Shown here: piece after piece, positions 9,505 through 21,112 of the stretch
Position numbering within the stretch: the stretch's first letter is position 1
How the letters are laid out: each line of letters begins with the position of its first letter
Assembly: GCA_963744715.1 (NCBI GenBank)
Contig: CAVUUR010000007.1
Span: 1-64,000 of the forward strand
Source: an uncultured bacterium
GTDB lineage: Bacteria > Babelota > Babeliae > Babelales > JACPOV01
Direction of reading: 5' to 3'
DNA length: 64,000 nucleotides
Program-made: the position numbers and the translations under genes
The notes under the pieces: generated by a model
Told to the model about the DNA's origin: nothing
Database searches by the model: none
The model's input: only the letters and a program-made list of their open reading frames with translations

Positions 9505-11341
9505 TTATGAATCTGATTTTTTTAAAATAGCAAGAAAGCTTCATGTGGAACTTCAACATTACCAAGTTGTTTCATCTTCTTTTTACCCTCTTTTTGCTTT
9601 TCGAGCAATTTTCGTTTTCGAGTAATATCACCACCATAACATTTTGCGGTTACATTTTTACGTAATGCAGAAACTGATTCTCGGGCAATAATTTTTGCAT
9701 CCAATTGCCGCTTGAATTGCAACTTCAAAAAGTTGTCGGTGAATAACTTCTTTTAACCTCTCAACTAATTCTTTACCAATATAATAAGCGTTATCTGCAT
9801 GTACAATAGTTGAAAATGCATCAACGGCTTTACCATTTAGTAAAATATCCATTTTTACTAGATCGGAAGCTTGATACCCAGCTTCTTCATAATCAAAACT
9901 TGCATAACCGGAGCTTAATGATTTGAGTTGATCATAAAAATCGGTAGCAACTTCATTGAGCGGAACTGTATATCGTAAAATAACGCGATCTTCATCAAAT
10001 AATTCATATCTTTTTGCTCACCACGTTTTTCTTGGCATAAGTTTCATAATATTGCCCAAATATTCTTTTGGCATAATAATGGTTGCATTAATCATAGGTT
10101 CCAAAATCTCTTCAATTTTTGGCGGTTCAGGAAAATCTGAAGGGTTTTCTATATCGATCAATTCGCCGAGTATGTTTAAGCTGAATTTTATATAAAACGC
10201 TCGGTGCCGTTACAATTGCTAGCAACATTATATTCTTGTTCAAGCCGTTGCTTAAAAACATCCATGTGCAGTAAGCCCAAAAATCCACAGCGAAACCCAA
10301 GTCCAAGTGCCACCGAAGTTTTTTTTTCAACATTAACACTGGCATCATTGAGCGTTAATTTTTCAATAGCATCACGTAATAGTTCAAATTCATGAATTAT
10401 CAACCGGATATATCCCGGCAAACACCATCGGTTTTGCCGGTTTAAATCCTGGAAATGGGGTAACCGGTTTTTTAGTATGAAAAATGGTGTCACCAACACG
10501 TGCTTCTTTGACCGTTTTCATGCCGGCAATAAGATACCCAACTTGCCCTGCATAAAGTGCCTGCATTGGTGTTTCGTTCAGGATACATAAGGCCGATTTC
10601 AAGAACTTCATAATTCATATCTGATTGAGCCAAGGTAATGATATCACCTTTTGTTATCACCCCATCTTTAAGTGCAATTAAACAGATAACCCCTCTATAT
10701 TCATCAAACCATGAATCAAAAAGAAGCGCTTTAAGTGGCTGCGTTACTGATCCTTTGGGTGCAGGAATGCGTTCAATAACTGCATCGAGAATATCATAAA
10801 TACCAATACCAGTCTTTGCTGAAGCTAAGATAATTTCTTCGGGAGTGAAATCGAATAATTTTCTTAATTTCTTGGGCAACACGTTCAGGATCGGCGTTGG
10901 TCAAATCAATTTTGTTAATAACCGGAATAATTGTTAAACCTTGCTCAAAAGCAAGATAAAAATTTGCCATCGTTTGCGCTTGAACCCCTTGCGCTGCATC
11001 CACTAACAAGAATGCTCCTTGGCAGGCATACAATGAACGAGAAACTTCATAGCTAAAATCAACATGCCCTGGGGTATCAATTAAATTAAGAAGATACGTT
11101 TCACCTTTATAGTCATAAAACATGGAGGCAGTTTGTGCCTTTACGGTGATACCCCGTTCTTTTTCCACTTGAAGCTTATCAAGGAATTGTTCATGTTTTA
11201 CTGTAGCCGATAAGTGTCCCCGTTGTTTCCAAGAGCCGATCAGATAAGAGTTGATTTACCATGATCGATATGGGCAATAATGGAAAAATTGCGAATATGA
11301 CTCGGCTTAAACGACTGTAGATTAATTTTTTTTACATCCAT
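9505..11341 (-). CDS. lepA: Elongation factor 4 (LepA), fragmented by many single-base indels
   Basis: MDVKK...[17 protein letters not shown] from 11341, [50 protein letters not shown] spread over at least 7 ORF pieces; corrected stop at 9505-9507. Confidence 0.95.
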
Positions 11342-11585
11342 ATGCGTAAACTATGCAGTGCCTTTATTTTTTTTCTCTTTAGTGTAGTGCAATGTTCCTT
11401 TTTTGTAAAATTAAAGAATATTGGTTGCACATGAAAATAGTTTTTTCCCCTAAAAGATAGCATCATTAGCTTGTCTATTTTTACTAGTTGAGGTATCTTA
11501 TAAACAGATAAAAATCTACTCTTAGTTTTTGCAGAACATCACTAAAAAAAGACATAGGAATTCTGTTGTTGAAAGGTCATAAAAC

Positions 11586-14204
11586 ATGGCATCTCCTCAT
11601 GAAGAAAAAATAGCCGGTTCTTTATTAAAACCGGTGCTCATTGAAGATGAATTAAAAGGGTTCGTTTCTTGAATATGCTATGTCGGTCGTGGTGGCACGT
11701 GCCTTACCTGACATCAGAGATGGCTTAAAACCGGTACATCGCCGTGTATTATATACCATGAACCAACTTGGTTTTCATTTTAATAAACCGTATCATAAGT
11801 CCGTACGTATCGTCGGTGAAGTACTTGGTAAGTATCACCCGCATGGTGACCAAGCCGTATATAATACCATGGTCGGGCTTGTACAAATTTTCTCAAAACG
11901 ATACCCGCTCCTTGATGGTCAAGGCAACTGGGGATCAGTTGATGGTGATAATGCAGCCGCTATGCGATACACTGAAGTCCGTATGGCTAAAATGGCCCAA
12001 GAATTATTAGCTGATTTGGATAAAGAGACCGTTCATTTTGTACCAAACTTTGATGAATCAACGGTAGAGCCGGTAGTATTGCCAAGCAGAGTGCCGCATC
12101 TTTTAGTTAACGGTGCTTCTGGTATTGCGGTTGGTATGGCAACGGCAGTTCCGCCTCATAATCTTGGTGAAGTGGTTGATGGCTGTTTGGCGTATTTAGC
12201 TAATGAACAGATTTCAGATGAAGAACTTTTTAACATAATACCAGCTCCTGATTTTCCAACCGGTGGTATTATCTGTGGAAGAGCTGGCATTGTCCGTGCG
12301 TACAAAACAGGCCGCGGCAATCTTATTTTACGCGCCGTTGTAGAAATTGAAGAAACCAAAAAAGGTAATGCTTTAATTGTTAACGAGTTGCCGTATCAAG
12401 TAAATAAAGCTGAACTCATTATTAAAATTGCTGATTTAGTAAAAGATAAAATTATTGATGGCATTTCCACCATTCGTGATGAATCAGATAAAAAAGGAAT
12501 GCGTTTAGTCATCGAACTCAAACGCGGCGAAATTCCAAACGTTGTCTTAAACCAGTTGTTTAAGTTTACTTCAATGGAAACCAGCGTTTCAATTCTCATG
12601 CTTGGGTTACTTGATAATAGACCGCTCATTTTTAGCTTGCGTGATTTAATTCGAGAATTCTTATTGCATCGCCAAGAAATTATTTATAAGCGAACGGTGT
12701 TCGATTTACAAAAAGCGCAGGCGCGTGAACATGTATTAGCTGGTTTTATTATTGCAATCAGCAACATTGATGAAGTGATTACCCTCATTAAACAATCACC
12801 GTCGGCAGAAGAAGCTATTATTAAGTTAAATAAACGCTTCTTGTTAACACCAGAACAAGGCAAAGCTATTTTAGAAATGCGTTTGCAACGTTTAACCGGC
12901 TTAGAACAAGAAAAAATACATGCCGAAATGGGAGAGATTAAAACAATTAATTAGTGAACTTAAATTAATTATAGCAGACAAAACCGTACTCAAACGTGAA
13001 ATAGAAAAAGAATTACTTGAAGTAAAACAAGAGTATGCCGATAAACGCCGCACAAAAATTGAAGGTGCTATTGATCTGCTTACTGAAGCTGACCTCATTC
13101 CGGATGAAGAAGTAGTGGTGACGTTAACCGATCAGTGGTTACATCAAACGCGTACCGCTTACTACCTATGGTGTTCAACATCGCGGCGGAAAAGGCAAAA
13201 TGGGCATGGCATCATTGGAACAATCAGAAGATATTATTCATGACGTTTTTGTTGCAAAAACCCATGATGAACTACTCTTCTTTACCAATTTAGGCCGCGT
13301 ATACAATATGCACGTGTTTCAAGTTCCGGAAGGTTCTCGTACCGCAAAAGGACGTGCTATCGTTAACTTGCTTGAATTGACTCCAAATGAACACGTGGTT
13401 AAGTTGCTCTGTACTCGTGATCTAGAAAATAAATTGCTCGTGATGCTCACCAAAAAAGGCATTATTAAGCGCACCGATGCTACCGCTTTTGAAAAAATCA
13501 GAAGTTCGGGTATTAGAGGTGTCAGCTTACGTGAAGACGATGAATTGGTATTCTGCGCTTTAAGCTCTGGCAATGATTCAATTGTTATTGCCTCGGCAAA
13601 AGGTCAGGGAATTCGCTTCAAAGAAACTGAAGTTCGTGTCATGGGCCGCCAAGCTGCCGGCGTCATGGGAATTCGCTTACGTTCTGGCGACCGGGTTGTT
13701 GGCATGGAAATTATTCCAGATGACCGTGATATTTTATTTGCCACCGAACGTGGTTATGGAAAACGAGTAAAAGCTGAAGATTTCCGCGTTGCTCATCGTG
13801 GTGGTTACGGTGTAAGAACCATACCAACCGATGAACGTAACGGCATGGTTATTGGCCTTGCTGGGGTCACGGATGCTTCAAACGTGTTACTCATTGACGC
13901 TGCAGGAAAAATGATTCGATTATTGCCAACGGAAATTAGAACCATGGGCCGCCAAGCAAAAGGTGTTCGTCTAATTAAACTAGATACGGATCAAATATTA
14001 GCCAACGTGATTGCTTTTGAAGAAGATCATCATGAAGGTGAAACTGAATCGGCTTCCACTCCGCCAACTACCGATGGCATAAAAACTAGTATGTTTGATG
14101 GTTCTTTGCCAGAGATGTTCCAAGCCGCTAGAGTAGATCATGATGAAGTAGATACCGAAACCGATGATCAATTTTCTGATGATACTGATGAAACAATAGG
14201 TTAA
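11586..14204 (+). CDS. gyrA: DNA gyrase subunit A (apparent frameshifts near 11660, 12945, 13130)
   Basis: [29 protein letters not shown], GyrA-box QHRGGKG and C-terminal pinwheel repeats. Confidence 0.97.
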
Positions 14205-14222
14205 AAAATATAAATACGTGCC

Positions 14223-15338
14223 ATGAATCCAACTAATATTCTTTTGCATCTTTCGCTTATTAAAGGAGTTGGCCCGGCATTTGTGGCACGTATATTAAAA
14301 TATATAACCATTGAAAATCTTGCTGACCTTTATCAGTACACTATTACCGATTTTATACACAAAATAGGATTAACAGAATCTGCAGCGCAGCTTGTTCATG
14401 CCGGATTAGCCGATAAAAAACCGCTTGACTATGAGTTGATGCTACTGGCAAAACATTCCTGTTCCATAGTAACGATAGTTGATCAAGAATATCCAGCACT
14501 GCTCAAACAAATTCATTTGCCGCCAACGGTTCTTTATTACCAAGGCGCGCCATTATCTAAACATTCTGCTCTGTTGGCCGTAGTCGGTTCACGCGAGGCA
14601 CATCAATATGCACAACGGGTAGTCGACAATATTATTCCTCCCTTAGTCAATAATGGTTGGGCCATTGTAAGCGGTGGTGCACGTGGTGCTGATACCATGG
14701 CACATTGGGCAACCATCAATACAGGTGGTAAAACTATTGCCGTGTTGGGCTCAGGATTGCTTCATCCTTATCCGGCATCTAATAAAAAACTTTTTGAAAC
14801 TATTATTGCATCCGGAGGAACCGTGGTAACTCCTTTTGCATTACAAGTACAAGCAATTCCGGGTAATTTTCCTGCGCGCAACAGAATTATTGCAGGTCTT
14901 TCGCGCGGTTGTATTGTTGTGCAAGCAGCACAAGAAAGTGGCGCGTCAATTACTGCTTTTTTTGCGTTAGAACAAGGCAGAGAAGTATTTGCTGTTCCAG
15001 GGCCCATTGATGATCTATTAAGTGCCGGATGCCATAAACTGATCCAACAAGGTGCAAAATTAATAACCAACGCTCATGATATTGTACAAGAATTTGGTCA
15101 AGAATTAGCGGATAAAGCATCAACGGCGTCAAGGGATACGGTTATTGCTGAAGTTGCTAACCTACAGCCTGACTCTCTAGAATATCGCATTACTCAGGCA
15201 TGTTATAAACCGGCAAGCCTTGATCAATTAGTTGAACTTTTGCAAGTTGACTTGTTTACCTTGCAGCAATGCTTGGTTGACTTACAATTGCAAGGAACTA
15301 TCGATCAAAATATGGCCGGGTTATGGCAAAAAATTTGA
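14223..15338 (+). CDS. dprA: DNA-processing protein DprA
   Basis: AVVGSR, IVSGGARGADT, FPARNRIIAGLS, GREVFAVPG. Confidence 0.95.
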   Translation: MNPTNILLHLSLIKGVGPAFVARILKYITIENLADLYQYTITDFIHKIGLTESAAQLVHAGLADKKPLDYELMLLAKHSCSIVTIVDQEYPALLKQIHLPPTVLYYQGAPLSKHSALLAVVGSREAHQYAQRVVDNIIPPLVNNGWAIVSGGARGADTMAHWATINTGGKTIAVLGSGLLHPYPASNKKLFETIIASGGTVVTPFALQVQAIPGNFPARNRIIAGLSRGCIVVQAAQESGASITAFFALEQGREVFAVPGPIDDLLSAGCHKLIQQGAKLITNAHDIVQEFGQELADKASTASRDTVIAEVANLQPDSLEYRITQACYKPASLDQLVELLQVDLFTLQQCLVDLQLQGTIDQNMAGLWQKI

Positions 15339-15421
15339 TCTCATTCTTATCAAAAAATATTTTTTCGCTATACTAGCATTATTAGTTTTTTAATCTTATA
15401 CACCATTACAAAAGGAATATT

Positions 15422-16117
15422 ATGAAATATATATTATTAGCATCGCTATTAACCGCTTCAATGATCAGTTTCGCTGACGAAGTAAAAAACCGCAAAACAC
15501 CACGCTATGAAAAAGCTTTAGCAAATAGAAACTTAATTGAAAAAATAATAGCTTACATAGGCAGTTTCTCATGTAATCATTTTGAGTTAGAAAATACTCC
15601 TTCGCAGGATGGTTCAGTACCATTGCACGACCATGTATCTTCGGCTTCTCTTGGCAAAGTTCAAGAATCTTTAGATAACGGTGCTCCTATAAATTATAAA
15701 AACAATAACAACTTATCTCCTCTCAACGCATTGGAGCCACTCGCAGAAAAATTCGTTGGACTTTCTGAAAGGCAAATTAAAGGATTAATTAATAGTCATC
15801 GTGCAGATTTTTTTTCAGGAAAACGTTTATCTGAAGATGATGAACTTTACTCTATATTGCTTGAATTAATAAACAACGGAGCATACGTTGATCATATGCA
15901 AGAGGTTGAAGGCAGAAAACCTGTCGTATTAGAACGCGGCCAAAAACCATTATCTGATAAAATACAAGAAGAAAAGGCAAAATGGTGCAAGGCATCTCCT
16001 AACAATGATGTTTGTACCTATTGTAAGGATATCGATACATTATTGCGTGAACGCATCAAAACTCAGCCTGATAATTTGCGTAACGAATACGAACAACCTC
16101 AAACAAACAAAAATTAA
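15422..16117 (+). CDS. Secreted ankyrin-like protein, tandem paralog 1
   Basis: Signal peptide; GSVPLH...SLDNGAPINYKN ankyrin-like repeat; WC-x8-C-x2-C. Confidence 0.7.
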   Translation: MKYILLASLLTASMISFADEVKNRKTPRYEKALANRNLIEKIIAYIGSFSCNHFELENTPSQDGSVPLHDHVSSASLGKVQESLDNGAPINYKNNNNLSPLNALEPLAEKFVGLSERQIKGLINSHRADFFSGKRLSEDDELYSILLELINNGAYVDHMQEVEGRKPVVLERGQKPLSDKIQEEKAKWCKASPNNDVCTYCKDIDTLLRERIKTQPDNLRNEYEQPQTNKN

Positions 16118-16137
16118 TCAATAGAAAGATCTAAACT

Positions 16138-16809
16138 ATGAAATATGCATTATTAACATCGCTATTAACAGTTTCTATGATCAGTGTTGCAAAAGACGAA
16201 ACACCGCGCTATCGAAATAGACATTTTATGGAAAAAGTGGCGAGATATTTTCGTTGCCGACAAGAAAGATTTGAGTTTGAAAATCACCCCGATATAGATG
16301 GCAATGTACCTTTACATGAGCATGTCCGCGAAAAGGATATTAAATCAATTCAGGATTCTTTAGATAATGGTGCTCCTATAAACTATAAAAACCACAAAAA
16401 TCTATCTCCTCTCAATGCGCTAGAAATATTGCCAATTGTCCCTACCAAAAATGAATCCTATGCCGATTATCTCTCAAAATACCTACGCAAGGAACAGATA
16501 GAAAAAAATTTAAACCTATTTGTTGAGCGCGAAGCAGATAATATTCTTCTTGTATTACTTGAACTACTAAATAATGGCGCATACGTTGATCATATGCAAG
16601 AAGTTGAAGGCAAAAAACCCGTTGACCTACAAAGAGGCGAAGAACCATTATTCGATCGAGTTCAAAAAGAAAAAACAAAGTGGTGTAAAAAAGATCCTAA
16701 GGGCACTGTTTGCACATATTGTACAAAAATGAATGATATATTGCGTGAGCGCATCAAAACTCAGCCACAGCATTTGTATGAAGAATATGCTCAATATCAA
16801 ACAGAGTAA
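16138..16809 (+). CDS. Secreted ankyrin-like protein, tandem paralog 2
   Basis: Same motifs as paralog 1. Confidence 0.7.
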   Translation: MKYALLTSLLTVSMISVAKDETPRYRNRHFMEKVARYFRCRQERFEFENHPDIDGNVPLHEHVREKDIKSIQDSLDNGAPINYKNHKNLSPLNALEILPIVPTKNESYADYLSKYLRKEQIEKNLNLFVEREADNILLVLLELLNNGAYVDHMQEVEGKKPVDLQRGEEPLFDRVQKEKTKWCKKDPKGTVCTYCTKMNDILRERIKTQPQHLYEEYAQYQTE

Positions 16810-16829
16810 AAATTAATAGAAAGATTTTA

Positions 16830-17480
16830 ATGATGAAATATATATTCTTTGCACTACTAACTTTTTCAACCATAAATTTTGCTGGTGAAGTAGAAAACGA
16901 CCAAACACCCCGCTACCGAAATAGAAATTTATTTAAAAAACTTCTAGCGCGCTTTGGTTACTTTGAGCACCAGAAATTTTGGGATGGCAGTATACCATTA
17001 CATGTACATGTATCCTTAGCTAATCTTCAAGCAGTTATAAAATCTTTAGATAATGGCGCACCCATAAATGAAAAAAACAATAATAAATTATCCGCTCTCA
17101 ATGCAATGCCAGTATTTCCAAATTTTCACTTTGGCAAACGTATAGACCTAGCCCGTGAGGTATTGAAAAACCTAAATTTATCAGTTCAAGATAATCAAGA
17201 AAATGTTTTTGCTATTTTGCATGAGCTCATACAAAATGGGGCATTTGTTGATCATACTCAAGAAGTTCAGGGCAGAAAACCTGCTGTATTAGAACGTATC
17301 GGTGAAAAGCCTTTATTTGATAGAGTTCAAAAAGAAAAAGCAAAGTGGTGCAAAGTAGATCCTAAGAGCACTGTTTGCTCATATTGTACAAAAATGGAAG
17401 AAATCTTGCGTACCCGCATTAAAGATCAGCCAGAGCAGTTGCGTGAAGAATATGCCCAACCTCAACAAGGTAAAAAGTAA
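16830..17480 (+). CDS. Secreted ankyrin-like protein, tandem paralog 3
   Basis: Same motifs as paralog 1. Confidence 0.7.
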   Translation: MMKYIFFALLTFSTINFAGEVENDQTPRYRNRNLFKKLLARFGYFEHQKFWDGSIPLHVHVSLANLQAVIKSLDNGAPINEKNNNKLSALNAMPVFPNFHFGKRIDLAREVLKNLNLSVQDNQENVFAILHELIQNGAFVDHTQEVQGRKPAVLERIGEKPLFDRVQKEKAKWCKVDPKSTVCSYCTKMEEILRTRIKDQPEQLREEYAQPQQGKK

Positions 17481-17583
17481 GGAATAATTGTTTTTTTCTG
17501 TATATCATGTACATTTATAGGGTATAAAATAGTGTTAATTGGCTTTTTTGCCACATTTTTACAATTTTTTGGAGTTTTTAACT

Positions 17584-17853
17584 ATGCCAGTACCAAAACG
17601 TAAGCGCTCCCGCGCCAGACGAGATTCACGATTCGCTAATAAAGGCCTTGATGTAAAAGCATTTACCGGCTGCAGTAACTGCAATGAGCCACTTGCTACG
17701 CACTCAGCCTGCTTAAATTGCGGTTTTTATAAAGGTCAAAAAGTTATGAAAACTAAGCTTGATCGTGGCGTTAAACGTCAAGAATTAAAGCAAGCGCAAG
17801 CCGCTAAACAAAAAACAGCAAAACCTGAGCAATCAGATGAATCAGCTACCTAA
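17584..17853 (+). CDS. rpmF: 50S ribosomal protein L32
   Basis: MPVPKRKRSRARRD, CxxC...HxxCxxCGFYKG; upstream of plsX. Confidence 0.95.
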   Translation: MPVPKRKRSRARRDSRFANKGLDVKAFTGCSNCNEPLATHSACLNCGFYKGQKVMKTKLDRGVKRQELKQAQAAKQKTAKPEQSDESAT

Positions 17854-17869
17854 TTAAGGGGTTGTTACT

Positions 17870-18934
17870 ATGATAGCCGTTGATGCAATGGGTGGTGATT
17901 TTGCCCCACGCGCGGTAGTGCATGGGGCTTTTTTAGCTGCTTCTCGTGGTATATCGCTGCGCCTCTATGGCGATAGTGTTCAACTTATCCCTTTACTTGA
18001 TCAATTAGACCCTGCATGGCAACGTTTGCCTATACTCATCGTGCATTGTTCAGAAGTTTTTGGCATGGAAGATGAACCTGCTCAGGGTTTTGTGCAGAAA
18101 AAAGACTCTTCGTTGGTCCGCGCAGCACATGCCGTTGCCAATGGCGAGGCCCAGGCTCTCTTTTCTGCGGGTAATACCGGCGCCGGATTAGTTTCCGGCA
18201 TGATGATTTTAGGTAAAGTGCCGGGCATTATGCGCCCAGCATTGGGTGAATTTTTGCCAACACAGACCGGTTCCGTTTTTTTCATAGATTTGGGTGCTAA
18301 TGTTGATTGTAAACCCGAACATTTAGAACAATTTGCGGTAATGGGGCATGTGTATGTAACGATGGTAAAACATATTCAAAACCCTAAAATTGCCTTATTG
18401 GCCAATGGTGCTGAATCTTCTAAAGGATCAAAAAATACGTTACAGGCGTACCAGTTGCTCAAACAATCCTCGTTGCATTTTATTGGTAATCGAGAACCGG
18501 CTGATATTCTGGCCGGCGCTGCTGATGTGGTGGTATGCGATGGATTTACCGGCAATATTATGCTCAAAACCATTGAAGCAATGGCTGAAGCTATTCCTGC
18601 ATGGATTCGCACCAAAGCAAAAAAATCTCCGTTCATAGGGCGCTTTATTAGTTTTATAGGTACTCGATTAATTGATAGCATGAAAAAAAAATTAACCAGC
18701 AATCAACAAGCGGGCGCTTTATTATTAGGGCTTAACAAACCATTAATTATTGCGCATGGGTCTTCTGATGCGCATGCCATTGAGCGCGCACTCATGTTTG
18801 CACACAGTGTAATAACAAGCCACCTTATTACTCGCTTTAATCAAGCACTTTCTGCACAGTTGATGGTCAATGAAAAAACTTCCGCCCAACCATCGGCGCA
18901 AACGGGCTATCAACAACCATCATCTTCCCTATAA
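17870..18934 (+). CDS. plsX: Phosphate acyltransferase PlsX
   Basis: IAVDAMGGDFAP, SAGNTGA, DLGANVD, VCDGFTGN, AHGSS. Confidence 0.96.
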   Translation: MIAVDAMGGDFAPRAVVHGAFLAASRGISLRLYGDSVQLIPLLDQLDPAWQRLPILIVHCSEVFGMEDEPAQGFVQKKDSSLVRAAHAVANGEAQALFSAGNTGAGLVSGMMILGKVPGIMRPALGEFLPTQTGSVFFIDLGANVDCKPEHLEQFAVMGHVYVTMVKHIQNPKIALLANGAESSKGSKNTLQAYQLLKQSSLHFIGNREPADILAGAADVVVCDGFTGNIMLKTIEAMAEAIPAWIRTKAKKSPFIGRFISFIGTRLIDSMKKKLTSNQQAGALLLGLNKPLIIAHGSSDAHAIERALMFAHSVITSHLITRFNQALSAQLMVNEKTSAQPSAQTGYQQPSSSL

Positions 18935-19022
18935 TCTGTGCAATTTACCTTGTTAGTTTTTTTAAGGTATGCTACGTTTTCTTGTATAAGATGTAATTTA
19001 GATATGCTCACGGAGTTGTGTT

Positions 19023-19691
19023 ATGACAATAGAAAAATTTTTCTCGTATGACTATTTAGTTAATTTTTTTGAAAAAAATAAAATCATTATTATCATTAGC
19101 GTTGCTGGTGTAGTAATTGCGGTCAGTATTGGTGTATACATTAATCTTTCACGCATTGCACGGGAAGAATCGGCGCAACTTGCGCTGTCTGAATCATTGC
19201 AAGAAATGAAAAATGCCGAACAAAATGCTGAATTATGGCAAGATGTTGATATTGCATCAAAAACTGGCTTTCGACAATATGCCCGTTCTTCGTTCGCTCC
19301 TTATTTCTTAGCATTACAAGCAGAAGCGTTAGCGCAAGAAGGCCAATTGCAAGAAGCATTGGTAATTATGGATGAATTTTTTAAGAATTTATCTTCAAAT
19401 TCACCATTTTATAATCTGTATAAAATAAAACAAGCACGCATGCAATTAGATAGCCCCGACACCACCGTTAATCAAGTGGGGTTACATACCTTACAAACAT
19501 TAGCCAACGATGCTCGTAACCAACAATATGATGAAGCGTTATATTATCTTGGTAACTACTACCAAGCGCGTAATCAACAAGAAAAAGCGCAAGAGGCATG
19601 GAAAATTATTATTGAGCGCAAAAAAGATAATGAGCAAGTCAATTCTCCTTGGAGTTCTCTAGCAGAAAAATCATTGTTGGAGCTTGCATGA
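19023..19691 (+). CDS. Membrane-anchored TPR protein (YfgM-like)
   Basis: Single N-terminal TM helix then TPR-like helices (ALYYLGNYY...A..AW). Confidence 0.6.
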   Translation: MTIEKFFSYDYLVNFFEKNKIIIIISVAGVVIAVSIGVYINLSRIAREESAQLALSESLQEMKNAEQNAELWQDVDIASKTGFRQYARSSFAPYFLALQAEALAQEGQLQEALVIMDEFFKNLSSNSPFYNLYKIKQARMQLDSPDTTVNQVGLHTLQTLANDARNQQYDEALYYLGNYYQARNQQEKAQEAWKIIIERKKDNEQVNSPWSSLAEKSLLELA

Positions 19692-21088
19692 ACCCTGTTC
19701 GCGTTCGTTTTGCGCCTTCTCCAACGGGGCATTTGCATATTGGTGGTTTGCGAACGGCGTTATTTAACTGGCTTTTTGCACGCAACCACGGCGGCATTTT
19801 TTTAGTACGCATAGAAGATACCGATCTTGTTCGATCACAGAAAGTATTTGAACAATCTATTATAGCATCACTGCAATGGGCAAATCTGGCCAGCGATGAA
19901 CCGATTGTTAAGCAAACTGACCGTATGGGATTATATAAACAAAAAATTGAGCAATTATTGCAGCAAGGAAAAGCATACCGTTGCTATTGCGCTACCGCTC
20001 CCCTAGAAACTACGGAAGAAAATTATTTTAAATATGACGGCCGATGCCGCACCCGTAAAACATTGCCGGAAGACGGGCATACTTCATACGTGGTTCGTAT
20101 CAAACTACCGCTTGAACAAAAAACTATAGAATTTAATGATATCATACGAGGGCCAATAGTTTTTGATATTAATCAACTTGATGATTTTATTATCGCACGC
20201 TCTGATGGCTCACCAATCTATAATTTTGTTGTGGTGGTTGATGATGCAGACATGGCAATAACCCATGTTATTCGTGGCGAAGATCATATTTCTAACACGC
20301 CAAAACAGATTGTTTTATATCAAGCATTTGGCTTCGATATTCCTTATTTTGCGCATTTACCACTCATTCTAGGGCCAACCGGTGCGCGTTTGAGCAAACG
20401 CGATGCTGCAACGGCGGTCACTGATTACAAAAATAACGGTTACCTTGCTGATGCGTTATGCAATTATTTGGTTCGGCTAGGATGGTCACATGGTGATCAG
20501 GAAATTTTTACGCGTCAGGAAATGACGGCGCTGTTTAGCTTAGAAGCCGTGGGCAAAAAGGGAGCAATTTTTGATCAAGATAAATTAGATTGGATTAACA
20601 GTACCTATATTAAACAACACACACCGGAACAGTTGCTTGATTATATTATCAATGATGTTGATCAACAGTTTTTATCAACCATGTCTGGTTGGGATATCAA
20701 AAAAGTTTGTGCTTTAATTACACTGTATCAAGAACGTGCAAAAACATTACGAGAAATGGTACAGGATATTACCGCTATCTATAATCAATCATATACCATC
20801 GCAGCGGAAGATAAACAACGCTGGCTTACACCAAAAACCTTGGAATGTTTAAAACAATTTATGATTTCATTACAAGCTCTTCCAGAATTTACAACCGATA
20901 TGATATCCTTGTGCGGTAAAGAAATTGCCAAAAAAGAAGGTGTTAAATTTGTTGAAGTGGCTCAACCAACACGCATTGCATTAACCGGCAAAGCAAATGG
21001 ACCTGGCGTCTTTGAATTGCTCGTAGTATTAGGTAAACAAGAAAGTATTGAGCGAATAGAGAAATTTTTGGCAATAAACCATAACTAA
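19688..21088 (+). CDS. gltX: Glutamate--tRNA ligase 1
   Basis: RFAPSPTGHLHIG, IRGEDH, LSKR. Confidence 0.96.
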   Translation: MNPVRVRFAPSPTGHLHIGGLRTALFNWLFARNHGGIFLVRIEDTDLVRSQKVFEQSIIASLQWANLASDEPIVKQTDRMGLYKQKIEQLLQQGKAYRCYCATAPLETTEENYFKYDGRCRTRKTLPEDGHTSYVVRIKLPLEQKTIEFNDIIRGPIVFDINQLDDFIIARSDGSPIYNFVVVVDDADMAITHVIRGEDHISNTPKQIVLYQAFGFDIPYFAHLPLILGPTGARLSKRDAATAVTDYKNNGYLADALCNYLVRLGWSHGDQEIFTRQEMTALFSLEAVGKKGAIFDQDKLDWINSTYIKQHTPEQLLDYIINDVDQQFLSTMSGWDIKKVCALITLYQERAKTLREMVQDITAIYNQSYTIAAEDKQRWLTPKTLECLKQFMISLQALPEFTTDMISLCGKEIAKKEGVKFVEVAQPTRIALTGKANGPGVFELLVVLGKQESIERIEKFLAINHN

Positions 21089-21112
21089 TTAGTTTTGTAA
21101 CCTGGAATAACG

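Noticed and set aside
9505..14204. lepA/gyrA as true pseudogenes or programmed frameshifting
   Set aside because: Motifs are intact, gyrA is normally essential, indels go in both directions and lack consistent slippery sites; sequencing error is more parsimonious.
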